NCBI GenBank assembly: GCA_964016885.1
Contig: OZ024741.1
Span: forward strand, 312,046,001-312,110,000
Direction of reading: 5' to 3'
DNA length: 64,000 nucleotides
DNA from: Eledone cirrhosa
Taxonomy: Eukaryota
Positions within the stretch are counted from its first letter, which is position 1, and every line of letters begins with the position of its first letter. A program made the position numbers and the translations under genes. This document shows, piece after piece, positions 44,378 through 61,915 of this stretch. The notes under the pieces are model-generated. The model was given only the letters and a program-made list of their open reading frames with translations, did no database searches and was not told the origin of the DNA.

Positions 44378-44436
44378 TATATATATAGATTATATATATA
44401 TACTATATATATATATATATATAGTATATATATATA

Positions 44437-44479
<43 letters not shown>

Positions 44480-45082
44480 TAATGTGGTCCTTCATCAGTG
44501 ATCTTCCAGCCATCATCGGTATTTGTTTTAAAGACCATATACCTCCGGTTGGTGCGAGCAACGGCTAAAGAAAGTCGTTGGGACATGTAAATAAAGGGTA
44601 CAGCGAGAGTGTAAACAAACAAAGATGGTGAAGCAACGAAAAGTGAGGAAGAAGGAGTCAAGCCCAAATTTCCATGAATATAAGTTCGGTGAAATCGTAA
44701 ACGAGAGAGAATAAAGACCATCAAACCTGGTTGAAATGTGAGCAAGGAAGGAATTTCGTACTGTGTAACGAGAGGAAGAAGGGGTCTAGTCGGTGAATTC
44801 GGTAAACGTAAGTTCTGTGAAATCGTAGACGAGAGAGAGAGAAAAAATGCCAACCGGACTGGCCGTATATATATATATATATAACCCAAGATAAATATAG
44901 TTAATTGATTCCTTAATGAATACACTTTTACAATAGAATAAAAACACTCAACGAGAAATATTTCATGGAGTTTTTAATATTATTCAAAAGGACGTACTGG
45001 ATAAACAACACAGTACCTTCGAAATATATATAGTAAAGCATACATTTTGATTATGTGAATATATTCATTTGTTAATATTTTG

Positions 45083-45177
<95 letters not shown>

Positions 45178-45190
45178 TATATATATATAT

Positions 45191-45939
45191 ATAAATGGAA
45201 TAGAATGAAACGAAATTTCATTTCTCACTCTTAGGACGGCACTTACTTAAATGTAAGTATGTATGTATACGTACATACATATATGTATACAGACGGACAG
45301 TACCATGTATATATATATATATATATACATACAGGCACACATATATATATATGCACATATCAGTTTACCGAACATTTATTATAATGTTCGCTTTGTTCGT
45401 TTTTAAACAAACGAGCAGCATGATTTAGTCCGTACAGTGTATATACGTGCATATACGTGCATATATATATGTGCGCCTGTATGTATATACATATATATAT
45501 ATTTATACATGCTACTGTACGTATGTATACATATATGTATGTACGTATACATACATACTTACATTTAAGTAAGTGCTGTACTAAGAGTGAGAAATGAAAT
45601 TTCGTTTCATTCTATTCCATTTATCGTTTTCAGTGCGCCTGGCCGACTGAACTCACTCTATATGCAAATTAGGCTGCTCAGCCGTTACTTTTCATGAGGA
45701 AAGTATATACTTTCTGACGTTCAACCATCTGGCAGAAAGATATACGGTGCTGACGATAGCTAACAAGCTTGAAACTAGTACATCGTTCCTGTGTCAGTGT
45801 TGAACAAAAAGGTGACGTGGTTGCCTAAACACTGTACGGCGTAAATCAGGCTGTTCGCTTGTTTACACAGGAACAAAGCGAACATTATAATAAATGTTCG
45901 GTAAACTGATACGTGCATGTGTATATGTGTGCCTATATG

Positions 45940-45960
<21 letters not shown>
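45191..45960 (+). repeat. HHR repeat family B: inverted piece (45191-45440) then first plus-strand unit
   Basis: HHR at 45744-45786: ACGGUG-CUGACGA-UAGCUAACAAGCUU-GAAA-CUAG-UA-CAUCGU. Confidence 0.85.
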
Positions 45961-45997
<37 letters not shown>

Positions 45998-45998
<1 letters not shown>

Positions 45999-46889
45999 TG
46001 GTAAATGTGTGTAATCCTTGGTACAGCTAGGTATATTAAGACAGGGGGGAATAAAAAATGGCTTCACTTGTGCTTTCAACAAATTTATTTTCTTCACAAA
46101 ATCCAAAAAGAATTTTTCTTAAAAAAATTATTTTATAAATTAAGTTGTTGGTTGTTGGTTAGGTCTTAGGAGTTCTTGGTTAACGTAGGAGGTATTGTTT
46201 CGTTTTTAGAAAGACCTTTCACGCTGAGGTGCGCTTGTCAAACTGATGTATATGTGGTGTGTTGTTCTATATATAGGGATTTAACATGTCTGTGGTGTGG
46301 TGGGTTTTCTTTTCTCCCCCTTTAATAAGTGGATGGGTATAGGTGTGTTGAAAAAGTGTTCATAGCAGTAATGAGTTGAGACGGTGAGTAGGGTTGGGTG
46401 GGGAGAAATGTAGCAAGTGCGGCCTGCCCCGGTCATTCTTGAAAAATCCTTTATTCAGGGGAAAAAGCTTTTAGTATTGCCTTTGTGTTGAGAATGGTCA
46501 CAGGCAAATCGCACCTGTCAAGTTTGTGAATAATTATTTTTTTCTTTTTTTCTCCTTAAGAATTTTTCTACGTCCATCCCAAAGTTAGTCCTTTGTTCAA
46601 CACAAACATATGTGCGCATATACGTACATACACACACGGGCATATGTAGGAATATATAGGCACACACCATCAATCACACACCCATGTACAAATACATCCA
46701 CATACATACACAAAAACATATAGAGACACATATAAAAACACACCTACACATACGTACACACACGAATATGTACTCATACCTCCACATGGGTATATATATA
46801 TATACATATATACATACATATATATATATATACATATACAAACATATACACATACACACACATATACACACACACATATAAATATATAT

Positions 46890-46922
<33 letters not shown>

Positions 46923-47209
46923 CATATATACATACATATACATACATACATATACATACATATACACACATAAAGATACATAACTAAATATACATATATA
47001 CACATACACGCACACATACACAAACACATACACACACACACACGCACATGTATACACACACACACACACATACACACATACATCTATATATATATATACA
47101 TATATATATACATACATATACACATACATATATGTACACATAAACACATACACACATATACACATACATATACACATACATATATATCCATATACATATA
47201 TATACACAC

Positions 47210-47251
<42 letters not shown>

Positions 47252-47312
47252 ATACACATACACATACACATACAAGTACATACTTACACACATACATACA
47301 TACACATACATG

Positions 47313-47354
<42 letters not shown>

Positions 47355-47657
47355 TACATATATATATACATATATATACACATACACACACATACATACA
47401 CACATACATATATACATATATATATATGTGCGTACACACGAGCACATAAAGACACATATACACATATATATACATATATATACATATATATACACATACA
47501 TCTACATACATACGTACATATACACAAACAGAAACATACACATATGTACACACATATATACATATATGCACATACATACACACACACACACATTTATATA
47601 GGTACATACACATACATACACACACACATAAACATATATATCTATCCATATATATAC

Positions 47658-47704
<47 letters not shown>

Positions 47705-47768
47705 TATATACAAACATACACACACATACATGTACATATACACATATATACACACATACACACATACA

Positions 47769-47818
<50 letters not shown>

Positions 47819-48197
47819 TACATACATACACACATCCATACATATATATATACACACATACACACATACACACACCCACATACATATATACCCACACGTA
47901 CATACATCCATACATCCCTACACACATATATGTGTGTGTCTCACCGTTTACTCAGATATTCATGTGTATACATAAGAAGAGGTGGGGGGGGGGGGTATTG
48001 AAATGGAATTTTACCTCCGAGTGTTAATTCATTTTTTAAATTCCATTTCACTAAATTTTTTAAAATTCCATTTCACTACCCCCCCCCCTCTTCTTATGTA
48101 TACACATGAATATCTGAGTAAACGGTGAGACACACACATATATGTCTGTAGGGATGTATGGATGTATGTACGTGTGGGTATATATGTATGTGGGTGT

Positions 48198-48245
<48 letters not shown>

Positions 48246-48274
48246 GGATGTGTGTATGTTTGTATGTGTGTGTG

Positions 48275-48323
<49 letters not shown>

Positions 48324-48374
48324 ATGTGTGTATATTTGTGTATATGTACATGTATGTTTGTATATATATGTGTG

Positions 48375-48421
<47 letters not shown>

Positions 48422-48818
48422 GGATAGATATGTATGTTTATGTGTGTGTGTATGAATGTGTATATACCTATATATATGTGTGTGTGTGTGTATGTATGTG
48501 CATATATGTATACATGTGTGTACATATGTGTATGTTTCTGTTCGTGTATATGTATGTATGTAGATGTATGTGTATATATATATGTATATATATGTGTATG
48601 TGTATATGTGTCTTTATGTGCTCGTGTGTACGCACATATATATATATGTATATATGTATGTGTGTATGTATGTGTGTGTATGTGTATATATATATGTATA
48701 TATATATGTATGTATATATGTATATATATATATATATGTATGTACATGTATGTGTATGTATGTATGTGTGTATGTATGTACTTGTATGTGTATGTGTATG
48801 TGTATGTGTATGTATGTG

Positions 48819-48849
<31 letters not shown>

Positions 48850-48974
48850 GTTTGTATATATATGTATATGGATATATATATATGTGTATATGTATGTGTA
48901 TATGTGTGTATGTGCCTGTATGTGTTTAAGTGTACATATATGTATGTGTATATGTATGTATATATATGTATATA

Positions 48975-49041
<67 letters not shown>

Positions 49042-49290
49042 ATGCCTCTCTCTTTATATGTGTATATATATATAGATGTGTGTGTGTGTGTGTGTGTATG
49101 CATGTATGTGTGAACGGAGGGGTATATATACGGACATATGTATATGTGTGTGTGTGTGTATACACGTGCGTGTGTGTGTGTGTATGTGTGTGTTTATGTG
49201 TGCGTGTATGTGTATATATGTATATTTAGTTATGTATCTTTATATGTGTATATGTATGTATATGTATGCATGTATATGTATGTATATATG

Positions 49291-49323
<33 letters not shown>

Positions 49324-49364
49324 ATATATATTTATATGTGTGTGTATATATGTGTGTGTATGTG

Positions 49365-49423
<59 letters not shown>

Positions 49424-50200
49424 ATATGTATATATATATATACCCATGTGGAGGTATGAGTACATATTCGTGTGTGTACGTATGTGTATGTGTGTTTTTA
49501 TATGTGTCTCTATATGTTTTTGTGTATGTATGTGGATGTATTTATACATGGGTGTGTGATTGATGGTGTGTGACTATATATTCCTACATATGCCTGTGTG
49601 TGTATGTACGTATATGCGCACATATGTGTGTGTTGAACAAAGGACTAACTTTGGGATGGACGTAGAAAAATTCTTCAGGAGAAAAAAGAAAAAATAATTA
49701 TTCACAAGCTTGACAGGTGCGATTTGCCTGTGACCATTCTCAACACAAAAGCAATACTAAAAGCTTTTTCCCCTGAATAAAGGAATTTTTCGAGAATGAC
49801 CGGGGCAGGCCGCACTTGCTACATTTCTCCCCACCCAACCCTACTCACCGTCTCAACTCATTACTGCTATGAACACTTTTTCAACAGACCTACACCCATG
49901 CACTTATTAAAGGGGGAGAGACGAAAACCCCACCACACCAAAGTCATGTTAAATCCCTATATATAGAACAACACACCACATACACATCAGTTTGACAAGC
50001 GCACCTCAGCGTGAAAGGTCTTTCTAAAAACGAAACAATACCTCCTACGTTAACCAAGAACTCCTAAGACCTAACCAACAACCAACAACTTAATTTATAT
50101 AATAATTTTTTTAAGAAAAATTCTTTTTGGATTTTGTGAAGAAAATAAATTTGGTGAAATCACAAGTGAAGCCATTTTTTCTTCCACCCTGTCTTAATAT
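45998..50200. mobile_element. 4.2-kb palindrome: ~570-bp unique ends plus ~1.4-kb compound microsatellite per arm
   Basis: 46032-48012 is approximately the reverse complement of 48062-50200. Short spacer at 48013-48030. Confidence 0.9.
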
Positions 50201-50216
50201 ATATATATATATATAT

Positions 50217-52701
<2,485 letters not shown>

Positions 52702-52860
52702 ATTGGAATAAATGCTCTGAAATAGCGATATATATGTGAATATAGACACAGAATATTCGAAAATATTCTGTATGTTTATAATAAACATTTTGAAGACCTA
52801 ATCGCTATAGAATAGAATACGTCACGTATTACAATTAGATTCTCGATAAAAGCAAGGGAA

Positions 52861-52904
52861 GTAAGTCTACGCGTTTCATTCTTGTTAGAATTCATCAGGA
52901 CTAC
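52861..52904 (-). ncRNA. Type I hammerhead ribozyme (also 53172, 53483, 53794, 54105)
   Basis: GUAGUC-CUGAUGA-AUUCU(AACA)AGAAU-GAAA-CGCG-UA-GACUUAC. Confidence 0.9.
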
Positions 52905-54503
52905 ATATCCAGTGCTTTCATCGAGAATGACACAGCTAGAGACTTATAGAATACTTAGCTGTGTACAGGAACTGGTTTGAAAGAGCGGTTGCCGGTCCGG
53001 CAGAAATTAGAAATTGGAATAAATGCTCTGAAATAGCGATATATATGTGAATATAGACACAGAATATTCGAAAATATTCTGTATGTTTATAATAAACATT
53101 TTGAAGACCTAATCGCTATAGAATAGAATACGTCACGTATTACAATTAGATTCTCGATAAAAGCAAGGGAAGTAAGTCTACGCGTTTCATTCTTGTTAGA
53201 ATTCATCAGGACTACATATCCAGTGCTTTCATCGAGAATGACACAGCTAGAGACTTATAGAATACTTAGCTGTGTACAGGAACTGGTTTGAAAGAGCGGT
53301 TGCCGGTCCGGCAGAAATTAGAAATTGGAATAAATGCTCTGAAATAGCGATATATATGTGAATATAGACACAGAATATTCGAAAATATTCTGTATGTTTA
53401 TAATAAACATTTTGAAGACCTAATCGCTATAGAATAGAATACGTCACGTATTACAATTAGATTCTCGATAAAAGCAAGGGAAGTAAGTCTACGCGTTTCA
53501 TTCTTGTTAGAATTCATCAGGACTACATATCCAGTGCTTTCATCGAGAATGACACAGCTAGAGACTTATAGAATACTTAGCTGTGTACAGGAACTGGTTT
53601 GAAAGAGCGGTTGCCGGTCCGGCAGAAATTAGAAATTGGAATAAATGCTCTGAAATAGCGATATATATGTGAATATAGACACAGAATATTCGAAAATATT
53701 CTGTATGTTTATAATAAACATTTTGAAGACCTAATCGCTATAGAATAGAATACGTCACGTATTACAATTAGATTCTCGATAAAAGCAAGGGAAGTAAGTC
53801 TACGCGTTTCATTCTTGTTAGAATTCATCAGGACTACATATCCAGTGCTTTCATCGAGAATGACACAGCTAGAGACTTATAGAATACTTAGCTGTGTACA
53901 GGAACTGGTTTGAAAGAGCGGTTGCCGGTCCGGCAGAAATTAGAAATTGGAATAAATGCTCTGAAATAGCGATATATATGTGAATATAGACACAGAATAT
54001 TCGAAAATATTCTGTATGTTTATAATAAACATTTTGAAGACCTAATCGCTATAGAATAGAATACGTCACGTATTACAATTAGATTCTCGATAAAAGCAAG
54101 GGAAGTAAGTCTACGCGTTTCATTCTTGTTAGAATTCATCAGGACTACATATCCAGTGCTTTCATCGAGAATGACACAGCTAGAGACTTATAGAATACTT
54201 AGCTGTGTACAGGAACTGGTTTGAAAGAGCGGTTGCCGGTCCGGCAGAAATTAGAAATTGGAATAAATGCTCTGAAATAGCGATATATATGTGAATATAG
54301 ACACAGAATATTTTCGAATATAGACACAGAATATTTTCGAATATTCTGTGTCTATATTCACATATATATCGCTATTTCAGAGCATTTATTCCAATTTCTA
54401 ATTTCTGCCGGACCGGCAACCGCTCTTTCAAACCAGTTCCTGTACACAGCTAAGTATTCTATAAGTCTCTAGCTGTGTCATTCTCGATGAAAGCACTGGA
54501 TAT

Positions 54504-54547
54504 GTAGTCCTGATGAATTCTAACAAGAATGAAACGCGTAGACTTAC
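54504..54547 (+). ncRNA. Type I hammerhead ribozyme (also 54815, 55126)
   Basis: gtagtcCTGATGAattctaacaagaatGAAAcgcgtagacttac. Canonical core, predicted cleavage after GUA. Confidence 0.9.
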
Positions 54548-55291
54548 TTCCCTTGCTTTTATCGAGAATCTAATTGTAATACGTGACGTATTCTATTCTA
54601 TAGCGATTAGGTCTTCAAAATGTTTATTATAAACATACAGAATATTTTCGAATATTCTGTGTCTATATTCACATATATATCGCTATTTCAGAGCATTTAT
54701 TCCAATTTCTAATTTCTGCCGGACCGGCAACCGCTCTTTCAAACCAGTTCCTGTACACAGCTAAGTATTCTATAAGTCTCTAGCTGTGTCATTCTCGATG
54801 AAAGCACTGGATATGTAGTCCTGATGAATTCTAACAAGAATGAAACGCGTAGACTTACTTCCCTTGCTTTTATCGAGAATCTAATTGTAATACGTGACGT
54901 ATTCTATTCTATAGCGATTAGGTCTTCAAAATGTTTATTATAAACATACAGAATATTTTCGAATATTCTGTGTCTATATTCACATATATATCGCTATTTC
55001 AGAGCATTTATTCCAATTTCTAATTTCTGCCGGACCGGCAACCGCTCTTTCAAACCAGTTCCTGTACACAGCTAAGTATTCTATAAGTCTCTAGCTGTGT
55101 CATTCTCGATGAAAGCACTGGATATGTAGTCCTGATGAATTCTAACAAGAATGAAACGCGTAGACTTACTTCCCTTGCTTTTATCGAGAATCTAATTGTA
55201 ATACGTGACGTATTCTATTCTATAGCGATTAGGTCTTCAAAATGTTTATTATAAACATACAGAATATTTTCGAATATTCTGTGTCTATATT

Positions 55292-55293
<2 letters not shown>

Positions 55294-55328
<35 letters not shown>

Positions 55329-55756
55329 GCTACTGTACGTCTGTATACATATATGTATGTACGTATACATACATACTTACATTTAAGTAAGTGCCGTATT
55401 AAGAGAGAGAAATGAAATTTCGTTTCATTCTATTCCATTTATCGTTTTCGGTGTGCCTGGCCGACTGAACTCACTCGATATGCAAATTGGGCTGCTCAGC
55501 CGTTAATTTTTATAAGGAAAGTATATACTTTCGGACGTTCAACCATCTTGTAGAAAGGTATACGGTGCTGACGATAGCTAACAAGCTTGAAACTAGTACA
55601 TCGTTCCTGTGTCAGTGTTGAACAATATGTTGACGTGGTTGCATAAACACTGTACGCGTAAATCAGGCTGTTCGTCTGTTTACAAACGAACAAAGCGAAC
55701 ATTATAATAAATGTTCGGTAAACTGATACGTTCATATATATATGTCTGCCTGTATG

Positions 55757-55817
<61 letters not shown>

Positions 55818-56323
55818 GCTACTGTACGTCTGTATCCATATATGTATGTACGTATACATACATACTTACATTTAAGTACGTGCTGTACTAAGAGTGAGAA
55901 ATGAAATTTCGTTTCATTCTATTCCATTTATCGTTTTCGGTGCGCCTGGCCGACTGAACTCACTCGATATGCAAATTAGGCTGCTTAGCCGTTAATTTTC
56001 ATAAGGAAAGTATATACTTTCGGACGTTCAACCATCTGGCAGAAAGGTATACGGTGCTGATGATAGCTAACAAGCTTGAAACTAGTACATCGTTCCTGTG
56101 TCATTGTTGAACAAAAAGGCAACGTGGTTGCCTAAACACTGTACGGCATAAATCAGGCTGTTCATTTGTCTACAAACGAACAAAGCGAACATTATAATAA
56201 ATGTTCGGTAAACTGATACGTGCATATATATATGTGTGCCTGTATGTATATATATATATATATATATACATGCTACTGTACGTCTGTATACATATATGTA
56301 TGTACGTATACATACATACTTAC

Positions 56324-56327
<4 letters not shown>
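55294..56327 (+). repeat. HHR repeat family B resumes (2 units)
   Basis: Intact HHRs at 55562-55604 (CUGACGA) and 56051-56093 (CUGAUGA). Confidence 0.9.
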
Positions 56328-56360
<33 letters not shown>

Positions 56361-56441
56361 TATATGTATATATATATACATATCTATATATATACATACA
56401 TACACATATATATATATATATAAATATACATATATATATAT

Positions 56442-58471
56442 GTAAATTAATAAAAACAATGAATAAAAACAAAGAAACAGTTCATTATATAAAAAAAAAT
56501 CATCATTTTACGATCGTTTCTAGGATATGTATGTGTGTGTTGGTATGTATATCATATAGATCTATGTAAACATGTTACAACTATCAGAGGGAATATACAT
56601 ACCTACACATATATATGCTGTCTTCAGAAATAATGATTTTTGTTTATTGAAAAAAACCAACAAAGATTAATATAATAGGTTCGTATGGGAACAGGTCTTG
56701 AATTGACCAATAGAAAAGTAGTAAGTCGTCAAGTTGATAGAATAGTAGTAGTAGAAATTTAATTTAGGGGTAGAGGAATGCAGATTTCAGTTTTGAATGG
56801 GAAGAATAATTTGAATGAAAAGATTACTTTGGGGATGAAAAGAGGTCAAGCCGGTGAAAGGTACACGAAAATGTGATGTTATTAAAGGATAATGCTAATG
56901 TTAAAATCGAAGGAGAATAACATTTTAGGATAAATGTGTTAGTGAGAAATACCAATCTTATTTAAAACATAAGGAATTTAGATCTATAAAAAGAAATTAA
57001 ATTAATTTAATTGATAGTTATACTTATAGGGATACATTTATATCAATTCATATAGATGTGATAAATAAGAGTTAGATGTTATTAAAGAATGTTGTTAAAA
57101 ACGAAGGAAAAATCTTTTGGCGATAAATGTATTAGTGAGAAATAACAAACTTATATAGACTACAAGGAATTTAGATTCATAACAGGAAATTAAAATAGTT
57201 TTTATGTATACTTATAGGTATTAATTTTAGGAAAAGATAGCTGTAAAAGGAAATAAAATTATGAATTTCTCAGTAGTAAAATACTAATTATAGGTTAACT
57301 AAATTTAAAAAAAATAATTATAATAATTTGTAAAATATAAGTGTAAGGTGTATATTAATTAGGTTTATAATATTTGAAAGTTCTTCTAATTCTATGATTG
57401 ACGATATAATTAATTCTTTCAAAAAGTTCCTGGGAACATAATCTATACTCATATCTGTTATTTTGATTAGGGGTGGCCCTTTTGAGCACACTCCAGGTCA
57501 GGTTATAATCGATATTCTTATTTCTATAATTATTAATTATTTCAGCCAAAGATGTATTAGCTAATGCGGAATTTTTAAAACTGTGTTTCTGGGTGTTAAA
57601 TCGTACTTTAAATTGGTTAGAAGTAGCTCCTATATATGAATAAGTCGAGTCCTTAGTGCTAATTTTACATTTATATACTATGTTATTAATAAGGCAATTT
57701 CCTTTTTATGGGCAATTTGATTTGTTTCTACAGTTACAACCATTCGTGAATATTATATCAGGGGAGTTAGTCAAATTAGGTGTGGAATTTACTCGACTTG
57801 TTGTATGTGAAGGAGATGGTACTTTGCTGCGGTTTATTTTAGTATTATGGTTAGTTTGATGTGTTGGTGGCATATTCATGGTTTTTTTTAACATGTATAT
57901 CCATTGTAGGCACTTATATTTTGTTGTATATTGTTGGGAGTGCAGTAGGAAAATTTGACCTATTTAAAATGTGATGGTATTTATGGTTTGGCGGGAAGTT
58001 TTTCTCTGGGATAGTAAACAGTTTTTAGGGATTATCTTTAATTTGTAGATTAAATGGAGCATTATACCAAGTAATTCGTCTATTATGGTTTCGATGCTGT
58101 TTTTTTTATTTGTATACGATGTATAGTGAATTTATTATACATATGTTTAGTTAGATTCAATGATTTAGGTGTTTTAGTCTGATTATTAGGAATTTTGTTT
58201 GTAATGTTATTAACATATATTGGAGTATTAGGATGAATGGTTTTTTGAAAGTTATTATATTGTATGTGAGAAGAGGTAGAGAAATTAAATTTTAAGTTGG
58301 TATTTTGGGGTATAGTGTGAGTGGCATTTAGGTGTGTGTTTTTCATTTGGTGTTTGTTGGTAATATTGGGTTGTATGTTTGTAGTATTATTGGTACAAGG
58401 TATATAGACTAATTTGTTTTTGTGGACGCTTCTAGCTAAAGCTTCGTTATAAAAGGTCGTATTTTTATCGC

Positions 58472-58475
<4 letters not shown>
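56442..58475 (-). mobile_element. Decayed Naiad-type PLE 3' part
   Basis: CNCRNKSNCP, YIGATSNQFKVRFN and YNLTWSVLKRA. Long AT-rich 3' UTR ending in an HHR. (TA)n flanks. Confidence 0.8.
56496..56640 (-). ncRNA. Type I hammerhead ribozyme with long stem II insert
   Basis: 13-bp stem I AAAAUCAUUAUUU/AAAUGAUGAUUUU, CUGAAGA, GAAA-CGAUCG-UA. Confidence 0.75.
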
Positions 58476-58533
<58 letters not shown>

Positions 58534-58539
58534 CTAAAT

Positions 58540-58686
58540 TTATAAATTTATTATAATAAATTGAAGTGAAAGCAACTGGTGCGTGTGTTTCTTATTGGCA
58601 ACATGACGCTCACAAAGTATACCAATATCGGTTTCAACACACGTTTTCAGATAAAGAATCTTGCTAAACAAATTCAGAAGCGATAT
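58540..58686 (+). mobile_element. Solo 3' terminus of PLE family A
   Basis: Matches 41864-41940 (reverse complement) and 43165-43226. Confidence 0.75.
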
Positions 58687-58696
58687 ATATATATCA

Positions 58697-59787
58697 TCTA
58701 TATATATAAAGCTGTGGTTGTCTGTCTGTCTATCGATTTTGGGCACACATCTCCTCTTAGAATCTCTGACGGAATTGCACCGAAATTGCTATACTTGTAC
58801 AGTGAGCCCTAGCGAAGACATCGGAAAAAAAATATTTCAAATTGACCCACCCTATGTGACGAAATCGAATCTAATGTATCGATTTTTGAGCGTAAGTGAC
58901 GAGTTATTTCCCTTTGTTCTTCTATATATCTAAAGCTGTGGTTGTCTGTCTGTCTATCGATTTTTTGGCACACATCTCCTCTTAGAATCTCTGACGGAAT
59001 TGCACCGAAATTGCTATACTTGTACATTGAGCCCTAGCGAAGACATCGGAAAAAAATATTTCAAATTGACCCACCCTATGTGACGAAATCGAATCTAATG
59101 TATCGATTTTTGACCGTAAGTGACGAGTTATTTCCCTTTGTTCTATATATATATATATATATATAAAGCTGTGGTTGTCTGTCTGTCTATCGATTTTTGG
59201 CACACATCTCCTCTTAGAATCTCTGACGGAATTGCACCGAAATTGCTATACTTGTACATTGAGCCCTAGCGAAGACATCGGAAAAAGATATTTCAAATTG
59301 ACCCACCCTATCTGACGAAATCGAATCTAATGTATCGATTTTTGAGCGTAAGTGACGAGTTATTTCCCTTTGTTCTGTTTACATTTTCTGCGTGCAAAAA
59401 TTAAAAAAATTACGCTGGCTTTCTCAGCGTTTAAAATGACATTAACACAATACACGAACAGTTGTCGAGCCAGCAAAATTTTGACCTGCAAAATTCATCA
59501 GTTCGAACACTAAGCTTCCGTTTTGCTTCATTTCCATTTAAAAGCCTTTTAAAACAATATTTTTACTTGAAAACAAGTCTATTTAAAGACTACGTAAAAC
59601 AAGCAAATATTTCGTAAAAAAAAGCAAAAATTATATAAGTTTATTTAAAATATATGTATCTGTAAATTTCGTTAGGCGTGCAAACAGACAGTCGTGCAGA
59701 CAGACTTTAAGCCAAAAAAGAAACTTAACATTGTAACTTTAACACAGCTACTGAGCGACCCCGAGCAACGCCGGGCTTTACTGCTAG
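58697..59787 (+). mobile_element. Non-autonomous Helitron with triplicated ~224-bp 5' end
   Basis: TC starts at 58697, 58921 and 59142. 3' hairpin CCCGAGCAACGCCGGG followed by CTAG, like the end of the autonomous Helitron. Confidence 0.8.
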
Positions 59788-59804
59788 TTATCTATAAAAG
59801 GCCA

Positions 59805-59985
59805 GTGGATTGGCAGTATTAGTAGAGGGTCGGACGCCATGCTTTCCAGCATAGTTACGTCCCTTTACGATCTGAGTTCAAATCCCGCCGAGGTTGACTT
59901 TGCCTTTCATCCTTACGGGGTAGATAAAATAAAGTACCAGTAATGCACTGGGTAATTGCTGGCCTTGTGCCTAAAGTAGAAACAA
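59805..59985 (+). mobile_element. tRNA-derived SINE with 17-bp TSD
   Basis: TSD TTATCTATAAAAGGCCA at 59788-59804 and 59986-60002. A and B boxes present. Confidence 0.88.
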
Positions 59986-59988
59986 TTA

Positions 59989-61081
<1,093 letters not shown>

Positions 61082-61111
61082 ATATAGATATAGATATATA
61101 TATATATATAT

Positions 61112-61915
61112 AAACAGAAAAAATGAAACGAAATTTCATTTTCCAATCTTAGTACGGCTGTTACTTAAATATAAGTATGTACACGTACATACATATATGT
61201 ATACAGACGTACAGTAGTATGTATATATATATATACATACATGAACACATATATATATGTACGTATGGATTCACCGAACATTTATTATAATGCTCGGTTT
61301 GTTTGTAAACAAACATCCCGTATTAAGCCGTAGTGTCTAGCAACCATCGTTGCTCGTTTGTTCAACACTGACAAAGGAACGCTGTACTAGTTTCAAGCTT
61401 ATTAGCTATCGTCAGCAACGTATACCTTCCTGCAGATTGTTGAACGTATATACTTACCTTATGCATATTAACGGCTGAGTAGCCCAATTTGCATATCGAG
61501 TGGGTTAATCGGCCGGGTGCTCCGAAAACGATAAACGGAAAAATGAAACGAATTTTCATTTTCCACTCTTAGTACGGCTGTTACTTAAATATAAGTATGT
61601 AGACGTACATACATATATGTATACAGACGTACAGTAGTATGTATATATATATACATACATACACACACATATATATGTACGTATGGATTCACCGTAAATT
61701 TATTATAATGCTCGGTGTGTTTGTAAACAAACATCCCATATTAAGCCGTAGTGTCTAGCAACCATCGTTGTTCGTTTGTTCAACACTGACAAAGGAACAC
61801 TGTACTAGTTTCAAGCTTATTAGCTATCGTCAGCAACGTATACATTCCTGCCAGATTGTTGAACTATATACTTACCTTATGCATACTAACGGCTGAGTAG
61901 CCCAATTTGCATAAC
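61112..61915 (-). repeat. HHR repeat subfamily B2 (~2 units, period 418)
   Basis: HHRs at 61379-61421 and 61797-61839 on the minus strand, core CUGACGA...GAAA-CUAG-UA. Confidence 0.88.

Larger units (their letters stand above)
52702..55293. repeat. 311-bp HHR tandem array (family A311) with central inversion: ~5.2 units minus-sense, ~3.1 units plus-sense
   Basis: Left units start at 52702, 53013, 53324, 53635, 53946 and 54257. Inverted units start at 54339, 54650 and 54961. Units look identical. Confidence 0.95.

Noticed and set aside
46670-49563. Many long ORFs rich in YI, CV and HT dipeptides (also 26-28, 38.7-39.4, 44 and 50-51 kb)
   Set aside because: Translations of (TA)n/(CA)n microsatellites, not genes.
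52702-55293. CRISPR array, or simple long-read fold-back artefact
   Set aside because: There are no variable spacers and the context is eukaryotic. The arms are unequal and the flanking repeat continues in one orientation on both sides, unlike a read fold-back. Read-level confirmation is still advisable.
59805-59890. tRNA gene
   Set aside because: A and B boxes belong to a SINE head. No cloverleaf, followed by SINE core and flanked by a TSD.
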